Assembly: GCA_017631635.1 (NCBI GenBank)
Contig: JAGBSX010000022.1
Location: 18,659 to 82,658, forward strand
DNA from: Clostridia bacterium
GTDB taxonomy: Bacteria; Bacillota; Clostridia; Christensenellales; RUG350
Length of the DNA stretch: 64,000 nucleotides
Direction: 5' to 3'
Under the pieces are notes generated by a model, which was not told the origin of the DNA, ran no database searches, and worked only from the letters and a program-made list of their open reading frames with translations. The position numbers and the translations under genes are program-made. Positions 56,699 to 64,000 of this stretch are shown here, piece after piece. The stretch's first letter is position 1; every line of letters starts with the position of its first letter.

Positions 56699-57709
56699 AT
56701 GAAGATATTAGGTATAGAGAGTTCGTGTGACGAGACTGCCGCATCTGTGGTAGAAGATGGTAGGATTATCCTATCATCAGTCATATCCTCTCAGATAGAT
56801 ATACACAAGAGATTTGGTGGAGTAGTCCCAGAGATAGCCTCACGCAATCATACACTAGCCATTAGGCAAGTAGTAGACGAGGCGCTAGTGCAGGCAGGAG
56901 TAGGGTTAGATGAGGTAGATGCCATAGCAGTCACCTACGGTGCAGGACTAGTAGGAGCACTACTAGTAGGCGTTAGTTATGCCAAGGCACTCAGTTACGC
57001 TACAGGCAAACCTCTATATGCAGTCAATCATATCCAAGGTCATATAGCAGCCAACTACCTAGCACATCCCGACCTAGAGCCACCATACCTCTGCCTAGTA
57101 GCCAGCGGTGGACATACTGCGCTAGTGAGAGTCAAGGATTATACCGACTTTGAGGTGATGGGTATGAGTACCGACGACGCTTGTGGAGAGGCTTTTGACA
57201 AGGTGGCTAGAGTCATAGGACTAGAGTACCCAGGTGGACCAAAGATAGAGGCATTAGCCAGAGAGGGCGAGGACGTAGTACCTATGCCTCGTATGCTCAA
57301 AGGTCACAAGGGATATGACTTTAGTTATAGTGGACTCAAGACTGCCGTCATCAACTACGTACACACCCTAGAGCAAAAGGGACTAGAGATACCTAGAGAG
57401 AATATAGCGTGCAGTTTTCAAAATTGCGCTATATCTATGCTAGTAGACAATGCCGTTAGATGTGCTAAGACACTCGGCGAGAAGAAGATAGTAGTAGCAG
57501 GTGGAGTAGGTGCTAATGGCTACCTACGAGAGAGACTAACTCTAGAGGCAGACAAATACGGCATACAGACACTCTATCCCCCCAAGCATTTGTGTACTGA
57601 CAATGCTAGTATGATAGCAGGAGCAGGGTATTATGAGGTATTGAGTGGTAGACCTGCCACGCTAGACCTCAATGCAGTACCATCTCTCAATATCACCGAC
57701 AGATACTAG
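56699..57709 (+). CDS. tsaD: tRNA N6-adenosine threonylcarbamoyltransferase TsaD
   Basis: 336 aa. ILGIESSCDETAASVV, HxxGH (NHIQGHI), GGVGAN. Confidence 0.95.
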   Translation: MKILGIESSCDETAASVVEDGRIILSSVISSQIDIHKRFGGVVPEIASRNHTLAIRQVVDEALVQAGVGLDEVDAIAVTYGAGLVGALLVGVSYAKALSYATGKPLYAVNHIQGHIAANYLAHPDLEPPYLCLVASGGHTALVRVKDYTDFEVMGMSTDDACGEAFDKVARVIGLEYPGGPKIEALAREGEDVVPMPRMLKGHKGYDFSYSGLKTAVINYVHTLEQKGLEIPRENIACSFQNCAISMLVDNAVRCAKTLGEKKIVVAGGVGANGYLRERLTLEADKYGIQTLYPPKHLCTDNASMIAGAGYYEVLSGRPATLDLNAVPSLNITDRY

Positions 57710-57748
57710 CATAGTGAGAGTCATCTAGACTAGATAATAGGAGAAGGT

Positions 57749-58543
57749 ATGGTTATAGATATACATACACACGCATTTCCCGACAAGATAGCCTCTCGAG
57801 CCATAGCAGGGCTAGTAGAGAGTACCAGGGGAGTATATCCCCCTTGCACAGACGGTACGCTAGGTGGACTAAAGGACAGTATGAGAGAATTTGGTGTGGA
57901 TATATCAGTTCTCCAGCCTGTCGTCACCAAGCCTACACAGACCGAGAGTCTCAATCTCTGGGCGAGAGATGCAGAGTGCGAGAATATTATATCGTTTGGA
58001 GGAGTGTATCCTCATAGTGATACTATTGAGAAAGATATAGATTTCGTATGTTCACTAGGACTCAAGGGTATCAAATTGCACCCAGAGTACCAACAATTCA
58101 CTCTCAACGACCCCAAGATGATGAGAGTGTACGACTACGCTTTATCTAGAGGTTTGGCTATACTATTTCACGCAGGCTACGATCCTGCATATCCACCACC
58201 TATCCACAGTACCCCCACTATGTTTAGAGAAGTAGTGAGGTCTATGAGAGGTGGAGTCATCATAGCAGGACACCTAGGAGGTAGGAGACAGACTAGCGAA
58301 GTGCTAGACGTACTAGTAGGAGAGGACATATACCTAGATACTTCGGCAGGATTTGATTATTATAGCGTGGAGGAATTTCTCTCAGTACTCAGAGCCCACG
58401 GTAGCGACAAGATACTCTTTGGCTCGGATGCCCCTTGGACACGCGCCGACAAGGAGATAGAGGCTATCCGTTCTCTACCTATATCCCTAGAGGATATAGA
58501 CAATATACTCTACCTCAATGCAAAGAGAATATTAAACATCTAA
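57749..58543 (+). CDS. Amidohydrolase-family metal-dependent hydrolase (TIM barrel)
   Basis: 264 aa. N-terminal IDIHTHAFP metal-binding motif. Later H and D residues (FHAGY, GSDAPW). Confidence 0.75.
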   Translation: MVIDIHTHAFPDKIASRAIAGLVESTRGVYPPCTDGTLGGLKDSMREFGVDISVLQPVVTKPTQTESLNLWARDAECENIISFGGVYPHSDTIEKDIDFVCSLGLKGIKLHPEYQQFTLNDPKMMRVYDYALSRGLAILFHAGYDPAYPPPIHSTPTMFREVVRSMRGGVIIAGHLGGRRQTSEVLDVLVGEDIYLDTSAGFDYYSVEEFLSVLRAHGSDKILFGSDAPWTRADKEIEAIRSLPISLEDIDNILYLNAKRILNI

Positions 58544-58570
58544 AAAGCAAGCCCACAGGCTTGCTTTTTC
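58542..58570. terminator. Bidirectional rho-independent terminator
   Basis: 9-bp stem AAGCAAGCC/GGCTTGCTT, loop CACA, A-run upstream and T5 downstream. Confidence 0.8.
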
Positions 58571-58581
58571 GTTGCAAAAAT

Positions 58582-58788
58582 TTAATAATCTGCAATTCCC
58601 AGTAGATAATCTGTGCTTACCTCAAATATGGTGGCAATACGCACTAGCATATCATAAGACGGCTCGGATGTGTTGAGTTCGTATCTAGTATATGACTGTT
58701 GTCGAACGTTGAGCATATCTGCTATTTGTTGTTGTGTCAGCCCCTTTTCTTTTCTCAATTCTTTCAATCTTTTTGCGAAAATCTCCAT
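58582..58788 (-). CDS. XRE-family helix-turn-helix transcriptional regulator
   Basis: Start moved to MEIFAKRLKELRKEKGLTQQQIADML (AAGGA 7 nt upstream). Classic Cro/C1 HTH. 68 aa. Confidence 0.85.
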   Translation of the reverse strand: MEIFAKRLKELRKEKGLTQQQIADMLNVRQQSYTRYELNTSEPSYDMLVRIATIFEVSTDYLLGIADY

Positions 58789-58838
58789 AATCATATCCTT
58801 TTTTTTGTAAAAATCATTATCAATTTCTATTGACAAAA

Positions 58839-58855
58839 TACAACAATTTGTTGTA
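58839..58855. promoter_or_regulatory. Operator palindrome 1 (perfect 17-mer TACAACAATTTGTTGTA) in the divergent promoter region
   Basis: 8-bp arms. Lies in the spacer of the plus-strand promoter TTGACA(58830)-18-TACAAT(58854) and over the likely -35 of the XRE gene promoter. Confidence 0.65.
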
Positions 58856-58869
58856 CAATAAACGTATTA

Positions 58870-58884
58870 ACAGCAAATTGCTGT
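58870..58884. promoter_or_regulatory. Operator palindrome 2 (perfect 15-mer ACAGCAAATTGCTGT)
   Basis: Same half-site pattern, ACAnCAA / TTGnTGT, centred 30 bp from palindrome 1, just downstream of the predicted plus-strand TSS. Confidence 0.6.
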
Positions 58885-58900
58885 AAAAAAGGAGTAGATA

Positions 58901-59188
58901 ATGTACTGCCAGCATTGTGGTCAAGAAGTCAGAGAGGAAGCAGTGGTATGTATACACTGCGGTTGTGCCATAAATGTGGCAAACCAATCGCCTAAAGAAG
59001 AAGATAAAGAGGACAAACTATTAGCTGAGGTGTCTTTCATGATACCAATAGTTGGATTAATTATTTACTGTACTAATATAGACGAAAAACCTATTATGGC
59101 AAAACATTGTGGAAAGTTTGCGTTGTATGGTTTTATAGTCGCTGTGGTATTGCTCTTATTCGTAGCTTTTTTGCCACTTATTATATAG
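58901..59188 (+). CDS. Zinc-ribbon membrane protein, paralog 1
   Basis: 95 aa. MYCQHCGQEVREEAVVCIHCGC zinc ribbon followed by two TM helices. GGAG upstream. Confidence 0.75.
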   Translation: MYCQHCGQEVREEAVVCIHCGCAINVANQSPKEEDKEDKLLAEVSFMIPIVGLIIYCTNIDEKPIMAKHCGKFALYGFIVAVVLLLFVAFLPLII

Positions 59189-59229
59189 GAAATTTTATAA
59201 TAAAAAATAATTTTAAAAGGAGAAAACAA

Positions 59230-59502
59230 ATGAAGTACTGTCAGCATTGTGGTCAAGAAGTCAGGGAGGAAGCAGTGGTATGCATACACTGCGGTTGTGC
59301 TATAAGCCCAGCAAATCAAGTTGTCAAAAATGAAGAAGATAAAAATTCACTCGGATTAAATATACTTTCTTTCTTAATACCAATAGTTGGTTTGATTCTC
59401 TACCTTGTTAATTTAAAAGATAAACCTATTATGGCAAAAGGTATTGGAAAGTCAGCATTGATAGGATTTATAATCAATTGTATAATTTTAATGAATATAT
59501 AA
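59230..59502 (+). CDS. Zinc-ribbon membrane protein, paralog 2
   Basis: Start moved to MKYCQHCGQEVREEAVVCIHCGC (AAGGAGA upstream). 90 aa. Same architecture as 58901-59188. Confidence 0.75.
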   Translation: MKYCQHCGQEVREEAVVCIHCGCAISPANQVVKNEEDKNSLGLNILSFLIPIVGLILYLVNLKDKPIMAKGIGKSALIGFIINCIILMNI

Positions 59503-59507
59503 AAAGA

Positions 59508-59551
59508 ACCCTACAATTCGCAAGTCGCGAATTGTAGGGTATTATTTTTTT
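59508..59551. terminator. Bidirectional rho-independent terminator
   Basis: 14-bp stem ACCCTACAATTCGC/GCGAATTGTAGGGT, 5-nt loop, then T-rich ATTATTTTTTT. Confidence 0.85.
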
Positions 59552-59575
59552 ATTCAATACTACTCTATAGTATAT

Positions 59576-60757
59576 TTATCTATACATCTCCATTAGTTGG
59601 TGGAAGTAGGGGATAGATCTACGTACCATATCGGTAGATACGCAGGTGGCTATTCGTACGTAGCCTTTCGCTCCGAAACTATCTGCTGGTACTATGAGTA
59701 GACCTAGTTGTTTTGCCTTGCCCGCAAACTCTATCGAATCTCCATCAGGCACTTTGACTAGTAGATAAAATGCTCCGTCAGGATTAGCGCACTTTAGACC
59801 TAGAGAGGAGAGTTCTCTGATGAGTATATCCCTATTTTGCTGATATACGCTATTGTCAGAGTGTAGACCTACAGTACTTTCTATCACCTTTTGGAATAGT
59901 GATGATGCGCACACGTATCCTAGGCTACGACCTGCACCACATATGCACAAGTATAGAGATTGAGCCTCGGTGAGACTAGGGGATACGGCTATATATCCTA
60001 TACGCTCTCCTGGTAGACATAGCGACTTGCTATAGGAGTAGCATACTACCGTGTCCTTATAATACTTCATAGGATATGGCACTACCACGTCTCCAAATAT
60101 TACCTCACGATAAGGTTCGTCTGCTATGAGTATGATAGGATGAGAGTACTGTTCGCTATATCTAGTGAGTATAGAGGATAGTTTGATGAGGGTATCTTCG
60201 CTATACACTATACCAGAGGGATTGTTTGGCGAATTGATGATGACTGCTCTAGTATTTGGGGTGAGCATAGCCTCTAGTTTATCAAAATCTATTTGGTAGC
60301 CCTCTTCGTCCATCTCTACGTAGCCAAATTTAGCACCTGCACCCTCGCTAAATACTCTGTATTCAGGGAAAAACGGTGCTATTGCTAGTATCTCGTCCTG
60401 AGGAGACTCTACTATGGCATTGAGTGTGATAGTCAGCGCTGCGGCAGCACCTGTAGTCATATACATTAGAGTAGGGTCTACCTCTACGCCGTGAGTGGTA
60501 GATAGGTAGTCTGCTATCGCCTTGCGAGTAGATAGATTGCCAGGGGCAGAGGTATATGCGTGTATAGAGAGGTCTGTGTCTACTAATCTCTTGATACACT
60601 CATTGACGTCACTAGGGGTAGGCACGGATGGATTGCCTAGAGTGAAGTCAAATACTTTGTCTTCGCCTATTTGAGATTTGAGCATATTGCCGTATTCGAA
60701 CAATTCTCTGATGACGGAACGAGATGCTCCTAGGTTGTACATTTTCTTGTTATACAT
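59576..60757 (-). CDS. Class I/II PLP-dependent aminotransferase (aspartate/aromatic aminotransferase-like)
   Basis: 393 aa. The YSYSKSLCLPGERIGY PLP-lysine motif. NPSGIVYS. Confidence 0.85.
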   Translation of the reverse strand: MYNKKMYNLGASRSVIRELFEYGNMLKSQIGEDKVFDFTLGNPSVPTPSDVNECIKRLVDTDLSIHAYTSAPGNLSTRKAIADYLSTTHGVEVDPTLMYMTTGAAAALTITLNAIVESPQDEILAIAPFFPEYRVFSEGAGAKFGYVEMDEEGYQIDFDKLEAMLTPNTRAVIINSPNNPSGIVYSEDTLIKLSSILTRYSEQYSHPIILIADEPYREVIFGDVVVPYPMKYYKDTVVCYSYSKSLCLPGERIGYIAVSPSLTEAQSLYLCICGAGRSLGYVCASSLFQKVIESTVGLHSDNSVYQQNRDILIRELSSLGLKCANPDGAFYLLVKVPDGDSIEFAGKAKQLGLLIVPADSFGAKGYVRIATCVSTDMVRRSIPYFHQLMEMYR

Positions 60758-60847
60758 AATTCACCTCTACTATGATTAAATACTACCAAATGCTAGAGTA
60801 TTTGTCAACTTTTGACTAAATTTCTCCTAATTTTTTCTAAAAATTAG

Positions 60848-60877
60848 TTGACTTATGATATTTTGGAGGGGTATAAT
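60848..60877 (+). promoter_or_regulatory. Predicted promoter of the aromatic amino acid operon leader
   Basis: TTGACT-18 nt-TATAAT. Confidence 0.6.
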
Positions 60878-60894
60878 ATGACAGTAGGTAAGTT

Positions 60895-60954
60895 ATGAAG
60901 AATTACGCAAACCAAAACTTTTATTACTTTTACTTTTTCTTTAACAAGCAATAA
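60895..60954 (+). CDS. Candidate attenuation leader peptide MKNYANQNFYYFYFFFNKQ
   Basis: 19 codons with eight consecutive aromatic codons (F Y Y F Y F F F, 60919-60942). Weak SD AGGT about 6 nt upstream. Followed by antiterminator and terminator elements, then aroF. Confidence 0.6.
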   Translation: MKNYANQNFYYFYFFFNKQ

Positions 60955-61000
60955 GTGATTATCGGTTGTTTTTTTTGCGTAGTAATTAAATGTAATTAAA

Positions 61001-61033
61001 ATGGTCGATAGGGTATATCGACCATTTCTTTTT
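61001..61033 (+). terminator. Attenuator terminator upstream of aroF
   Basis: Perfect 10-bp stem ATGGTCGATA/TATCGACCAT, 5-nt loop, TTCTTTTT tail ending 22 nt before the aroF ATG. An alternative 10-bp pairing (6 WC + 4 GU) exists between 60960-60969 and 61001-61010. Confidence 0.7.
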
Positions 61034-61055
61034 GATTAGACAAGGAGAATATATT

Positions 61056-62072
61056 ATGATTATCATAGTCAAGAATAGTTATGACGACAAGCAACTAAAT
61101 AATCTAATCGAGTGGGTAGAAGGGCTAGGACTTAGCACCAATTTGTCCAAAGGACACCACTCTACCATCTTGGGACTAGTAGGAGACACCTCCAAGGTAG
61201 ATATTGACCTCGTGCGTTCGCTAGACATAGTAGAGGACGTCAAGCGTATCCAAGAGCCATTTAAGAAAGCAAATAGAAAGGTACACCCCGACGATACTAT
61301 CGTCGATATAGGTGGACACAAGGCAGGTGGAGGTCATTTTCAACTAATAGCAGGACCTTGCTCCGTGGAGAGTGAGGCGCAAATCATAGGGGTAGCCCAA
61401 GCAGTCAAAGAGGCTGGCGCTACACTGCTCCGTGGTGGTGCATTTAAGCCTCGCACCTCTCCATACGCATTTCAAGGTATGGGTGCAGAAGGACTAGAAC
61501 TACTAGTCAAAGCCAAGCGTGAGACTGGTATGCCTATCGTCACCGAACTCATGAGTGTCAAGCACATAGATTTGTTTGACGAGGTTGACCTAGTGCAGAT
61601 AGGCGCTAGAAATATGCAAAACTTCGAACTACTCAAAGAGGTAGGTCGTATGGGCAAGCCTATCCTACTCAAACGTGGTCTAGCCAACACTATCCAAGAG
61701 TGGCTAATGAGCGCAGAGTACATTATGGCAGAGGGTTGCTCCGACGTGATACTCTGCGAGAGAGGTATCAGGACGTTTGAGCCATACACACGCAATACTC
61801 TCGACCTCAGCGCTATCCCTCTACTCAAAGAAATCACTCATCTCCCAGTCATAGTAGACCCTTCGCACGCATCGGGACTATCTAGACTAGTCAAGCCACT
61901 ATCTATGGCGAGCGTGGGCGCAGGAGCAGATGGACTGATTATCGAGGTGCACAATGATCCACAACACGCATTGTGCGACGGTGCGCAGAGTATCAAGCCA
62001 GAGCAATTCAAGGACTTGGTAGACCATATAGACGTGATGCTACCACTAGTGAATAAGGTGAGAGACGTATGA
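61056..62072 (+). CDS. aroF: 3-deoxy-7-phosphoheptulonate (DAHP) synthase, type I-beta, with an N-terminal ferredoxin-like regulatory domain
   Basis: Start moved to ATG 61056 (AAGGAGA upstream); the TTG at 61032 lies inside the terminator tail. IAGPCSVES, RGGAFKPRTSPY, DPSH motifs. Confidence 0.9.
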   Translation: MIIIVKNSYDDKQLNNLIEWVEGLGLSTNLSKGHHSTILGLVGDTSKVDIDLVRSLDIVEDVKRIQEPFKKANRKVHPDDTIVDIGGHKAGGGHFQLIAGPCSVESEAQIIGVAQAVKEAGATLLRGGAFKPRTSPYAFQGMGAEGLELLVKAKRETGMPIVTELMSVKHIDLFDEVDLVQIGARNMQNFELLKEVGRMGKPILLKRGLANTIQEWLMSAEYIMAEGCSDVILCERGIRTFEPYTRNTLDLSAIPLLKEITHLPVIVDPSHASGLSRLVKPLSMASVGAGADGLIIEVHNDPQHALCDGAQSIKPEQFKDLVDHIDVMLPLVNKVRDV

Positions 62073-62902
62073 TAGTAGGTATAGTAGGACTAGGGCTAAT
62101 GGGTGGCAGTTTTGGCAGACTGCTAGTAGATAGAGGATATACTGTGTACGGCACGGATCGTAGTGTGGAGGCTATGAAGAAGGCAATCTTAGTCAAGGCT
62201 ATAACCTCTCCACTCACTATGGACAACGTAGCCGAGGTAGATATGCTAGTGATAGCCACTTATCCTAGGAGTTTTGAGAGAGTAGCAGAGAGTTATCTAC
62301 CATATATGAAGAGTGGTGCGATACTTAGTGACTTTTGTGGAAATAAGCGCATAGTCATATCTGCTATGAAACGCCTCTCTCCACTATACCCAGAAATATA
62401 TTTCGTAGGTGGACATCCTATGGCAGGTAGAGAGTATAGTGGTATAGAACACTCTTCTATCAGGTTATTTGACGGTGCGTCTATGATACTAGTACCATAT
62501 AGCCAAGATATACTCAAGTTGGCTATGCTCAAAGACTGGTATATCTCGCTAGGATTTAGGAGAGTAGAGATAACTACTGCAGACAATCACGATAGTATGA
62601 TAGCGTACACGTCGCAGTTGTGCCATATAGTCTCAAATGCCTTTATCAAGAGCGAGAGCGCCAAACTACACGCAGGATATAGCGCAGGTAGTTATAGAGA
62701 TTTGACTAGGGTGGCTAGGTTAGAGCCTAGTATGTGGTCTGAACTCATGATGGACAACAAGGACAAACTCACCGAGGAACTATCCCTACTCATAGACAAT
62801 CTATCCAAGTATCTAGTAGCCTTGCAAAATGGCGACGAGGATACTCTAAGAGCCCTACTTGATGAGGGCAATCAACTAAAAATACTCATAGACAAGAGGT
62901 AA
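62069..62902 (+). CDS. tyrA: Prephenate dehydrogenase
   Basis: 277 aa. IVGLGLMGGSFG Rossmann motif, GGHPMAGRE. Confidence 0.9.
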   Translation: MIVGIVGLGLMGGSFGRLLVDRGYTVYGTDRSVEAMKKAILVKAITSPLTMDNVAEVDMLVIATYPRSFERVAESYLPYMKSGAILSDFCGNKRIVISAMKRLSPLYPEIYFVGGHPMAGREYSGIEHSSIRLFDGASMILVPYSQDILKLAMLKDWYISLGFRRVEITTADNHDSMIAYTSQLCHIVSNAFIKSESAKLHAGYSAGSYRDLTRVARLEPSMWSELMMDNKDKLTEELSLLIDNLSKYLVALQNGDEDTLRALLDEGNQLKILIDKR

Positions 62903-62905
62903 TAT

Positions 62906-63937
62906 ATGATCTTAATTCCGGTCAAAGCATCCAAGACTTACGAAGTGAGTGTCACACAAGATTTTAACGATTTGAGACAAGTCGTAGACGGCGTCAAATC
63001 AGGTGACAAGATAGCCGTCATCACAGACACCAACGTAGAGAAATTGTATCTATCTAGCGTAATAGACGCGCTAGAGGGCTTTGACGTCTGTGTGCATACC
63101 ATACCAGCAGGAGAGAGTAGCAAAAATCTCTCTACCTACTGCACTCTCATCCAAGATATAGCCTCATCATCATTAGATAGGAGTGACATGATTATCACTC
63201 TAGGAGGAGGAGTGGTAGGTGATATAGGTGCATTTGTCGCATCTACTTATCTACGAGGTATTAGGCTAGTAGCGATACCTACCACACTACTATCTATGAT
63301 AGATTCGTCTGTAGGAGGCAAGACTGCAGTAGACCTACCTATCGGCAAAAACTTGGTAGGCACTTTTTATCAACCAAACGCAGTATATATCAACGTGTCT
63401 TGTATAGACACTCTACCTACTAGAGAGTTGATGAGTGGATATGGAGAACTAATCAAATACGCTATACTAGACGATAGGATTAGTATAGATGATATGAAGG
63501 TGCTAGATTCTTCACTCATAGCCAAAGCCGTGTCTATCAAGAGAGATATAGTGGAGGCAGATGAATATGAGGGTGGAGTGCGAAAGTTGCTAAACCTCGG
63601 TCACACCATAGGACACGCAGTAGAGAGTCTATCCAACTACACCTTGTCTCACGGTGAGTGTGTGGTCAAAGGTCTCAGGGCGATACTAGATATCTCCTCT
63701 AGATACTACGATATAAAAGATAGTGATTATACACAATTGGATAGTATTATCCGTATGCTAGGACACGACTGCACTATGCCTTATAGTGTAGATGAAGTGA
63801 TAGACTACGTATATCGAGACAAGAAGAAAAAGGGCGACCTCATAGATATAGTACTTATCAAGGCAAAAGGAGTAGTGGAGATAGTCTCTATGCCGATAGA
63901 TAAGGTGAGGAGGTATCTAAGTGAATATCAAGATTAA
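62906..63937 (+). CDS. aroB: 3-dehydroquinate synthase
   Basis: 343 aa. LGGGVVGDIGAFVASTYLRGI, GHTIGHAVE. Confidence 0.9.
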   Translation: MILIPVKASKTYEVSVTQDFNDLRQVVDGVKSGDKIAVITDTNVEKLYLSSVIDALEGFDVCVHTIPAGESSKNLSTYCTLIQDIASSSLDRSDMIITLGGGVVGDIGAFVASTYLRGIRLVAIPTTLLSMIDSSVGGKTAVDLPIGKNLVGTFYQPNAVYINVSCIDTLPTRELMSGYGELIKYAILDDRISIDDMKVLDSSLIAKAVSIKRDIVEADEYEGGVRKLLNLGHTIGHAVESLSNYTLSHGECVVKGLRAILDISSRYYDIKDSDYTQLDSIIRMLGHDCTMPYSVDEVIDYVYRDKKKKGDLIDIVLIKAKGVVEIVSMPIDKVRRYLSEYQD

Positions 63938-64000
63938 ACCTACCACCTTAAATGGCGAGGTAGTGATAATATCTTCCAAATCTTTTGCACATAGACTACT
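63921..64000 (+). CDS. aroA: 3-phosphoshikimate 1-carboxyvinyltransferase (EPSP synthase), N-terminal fragment running off the right edge
   Basis: GTG start with GGTGAGGAGG upstream. VNIKIKPTTLNGEVVIISSKSFAHRLL matches the EPSPS N-terminal pattern (G.v..p.SKS..HR). Confidence 0.7.
   Translation, partial: MNIKIKPTTLNGEVVIISSKSFAHRL

Noticed and set aside
60878-60898. Mini-ORF ATG ACA GTA GGT AAG TTA TGA (MTVGKL) upstream of the aromatic leader peptide.
   Set aside because: Its ATG abuts the predicted -10 hexamer, so it would lie upstream of the transcription start. It has no SD.
61032-61055. TTG start at 61032 given by the ORF track for the DAHP synthase.
   Set aside because: It lies inside the U-tail of the attenuator terminator with no SD. 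The ATG at 61056 has AAGGAGA at proper spacing and gives a normal N-terminus.

Overview
Low-GC, Firmicutes-like chromosomal segment using the standard genetic code: TGA, TAA and TAG all serve as stops, and RF2 is present. The tmRNA tag and gene content suggest an Erysipelotrichia/Mollicutes-related or similar gut Bacillota lineage, but that is inference.

Layout:
- 1-1.6 kb: origin-proximal parB(partial)-parA-rsmG, minus strand.
- 1.8-4.8 kb: an LRR/List-Bact-repeat lipoprotein and two unknown polytopic membrane proteins.
- 4.9-18.7 kb: a 14-gene Wzx/Wzy-type capsule/EPS locus on the minus strand. It has 4 GT2, 2 GT4, a pyruvyltransferase, an O-acetyltransferase, an EpsG-like polymerase, a flippase, a priming sugar transferase, and an aldolase-like/2-hydroxyacid-dehydrogenase pair.
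- 18.7-22.9 kb: the accessory stretch, and the most interesting part. It contains two tandem promoter-to-terminator small-RNA-like units with identical perfect consensus promoters. It also holds a cassette of four tiny unknown ORFs (two are tandem paralogs), a pnuC-nadR operon with foreign composition (zero CTAG), a short-hairpin array, and tmRNA (ssrA).
- 23.1-26.1 kb: a GlpA-like three-gene oxidoreductase cluster, followed by a second hairpin array of the same style.
- 26.6-40.9 kb: mixed housekeeping and membrane genes (AKR, a Cys-rich repeat protein, a BFD-like ferredoxin, SSF symporter, ACT+UPF0210, DegV, AI-2E, PanE-like, alr, rsmD, coaD).
- 41.2-57.7 kb: rpoB-rpoC, metK, recD2-comF, secA-prfB, tsaD.
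- 58.6-59.5 kb: an XRE regulator with palindromic operators and two duplicated zinc-ribbon membrane proteins.
- 60.8-64 kb: an aroF-tyrA-aroB-aroA' operon preceded by a Phe/Tyr-rich leader peptide with terminator/antiterminator logic.

No CRISPR array, rRNA, tRNA, transposase or integrase was seen. All product calls rest on motif recognition by eye; no database search was run.
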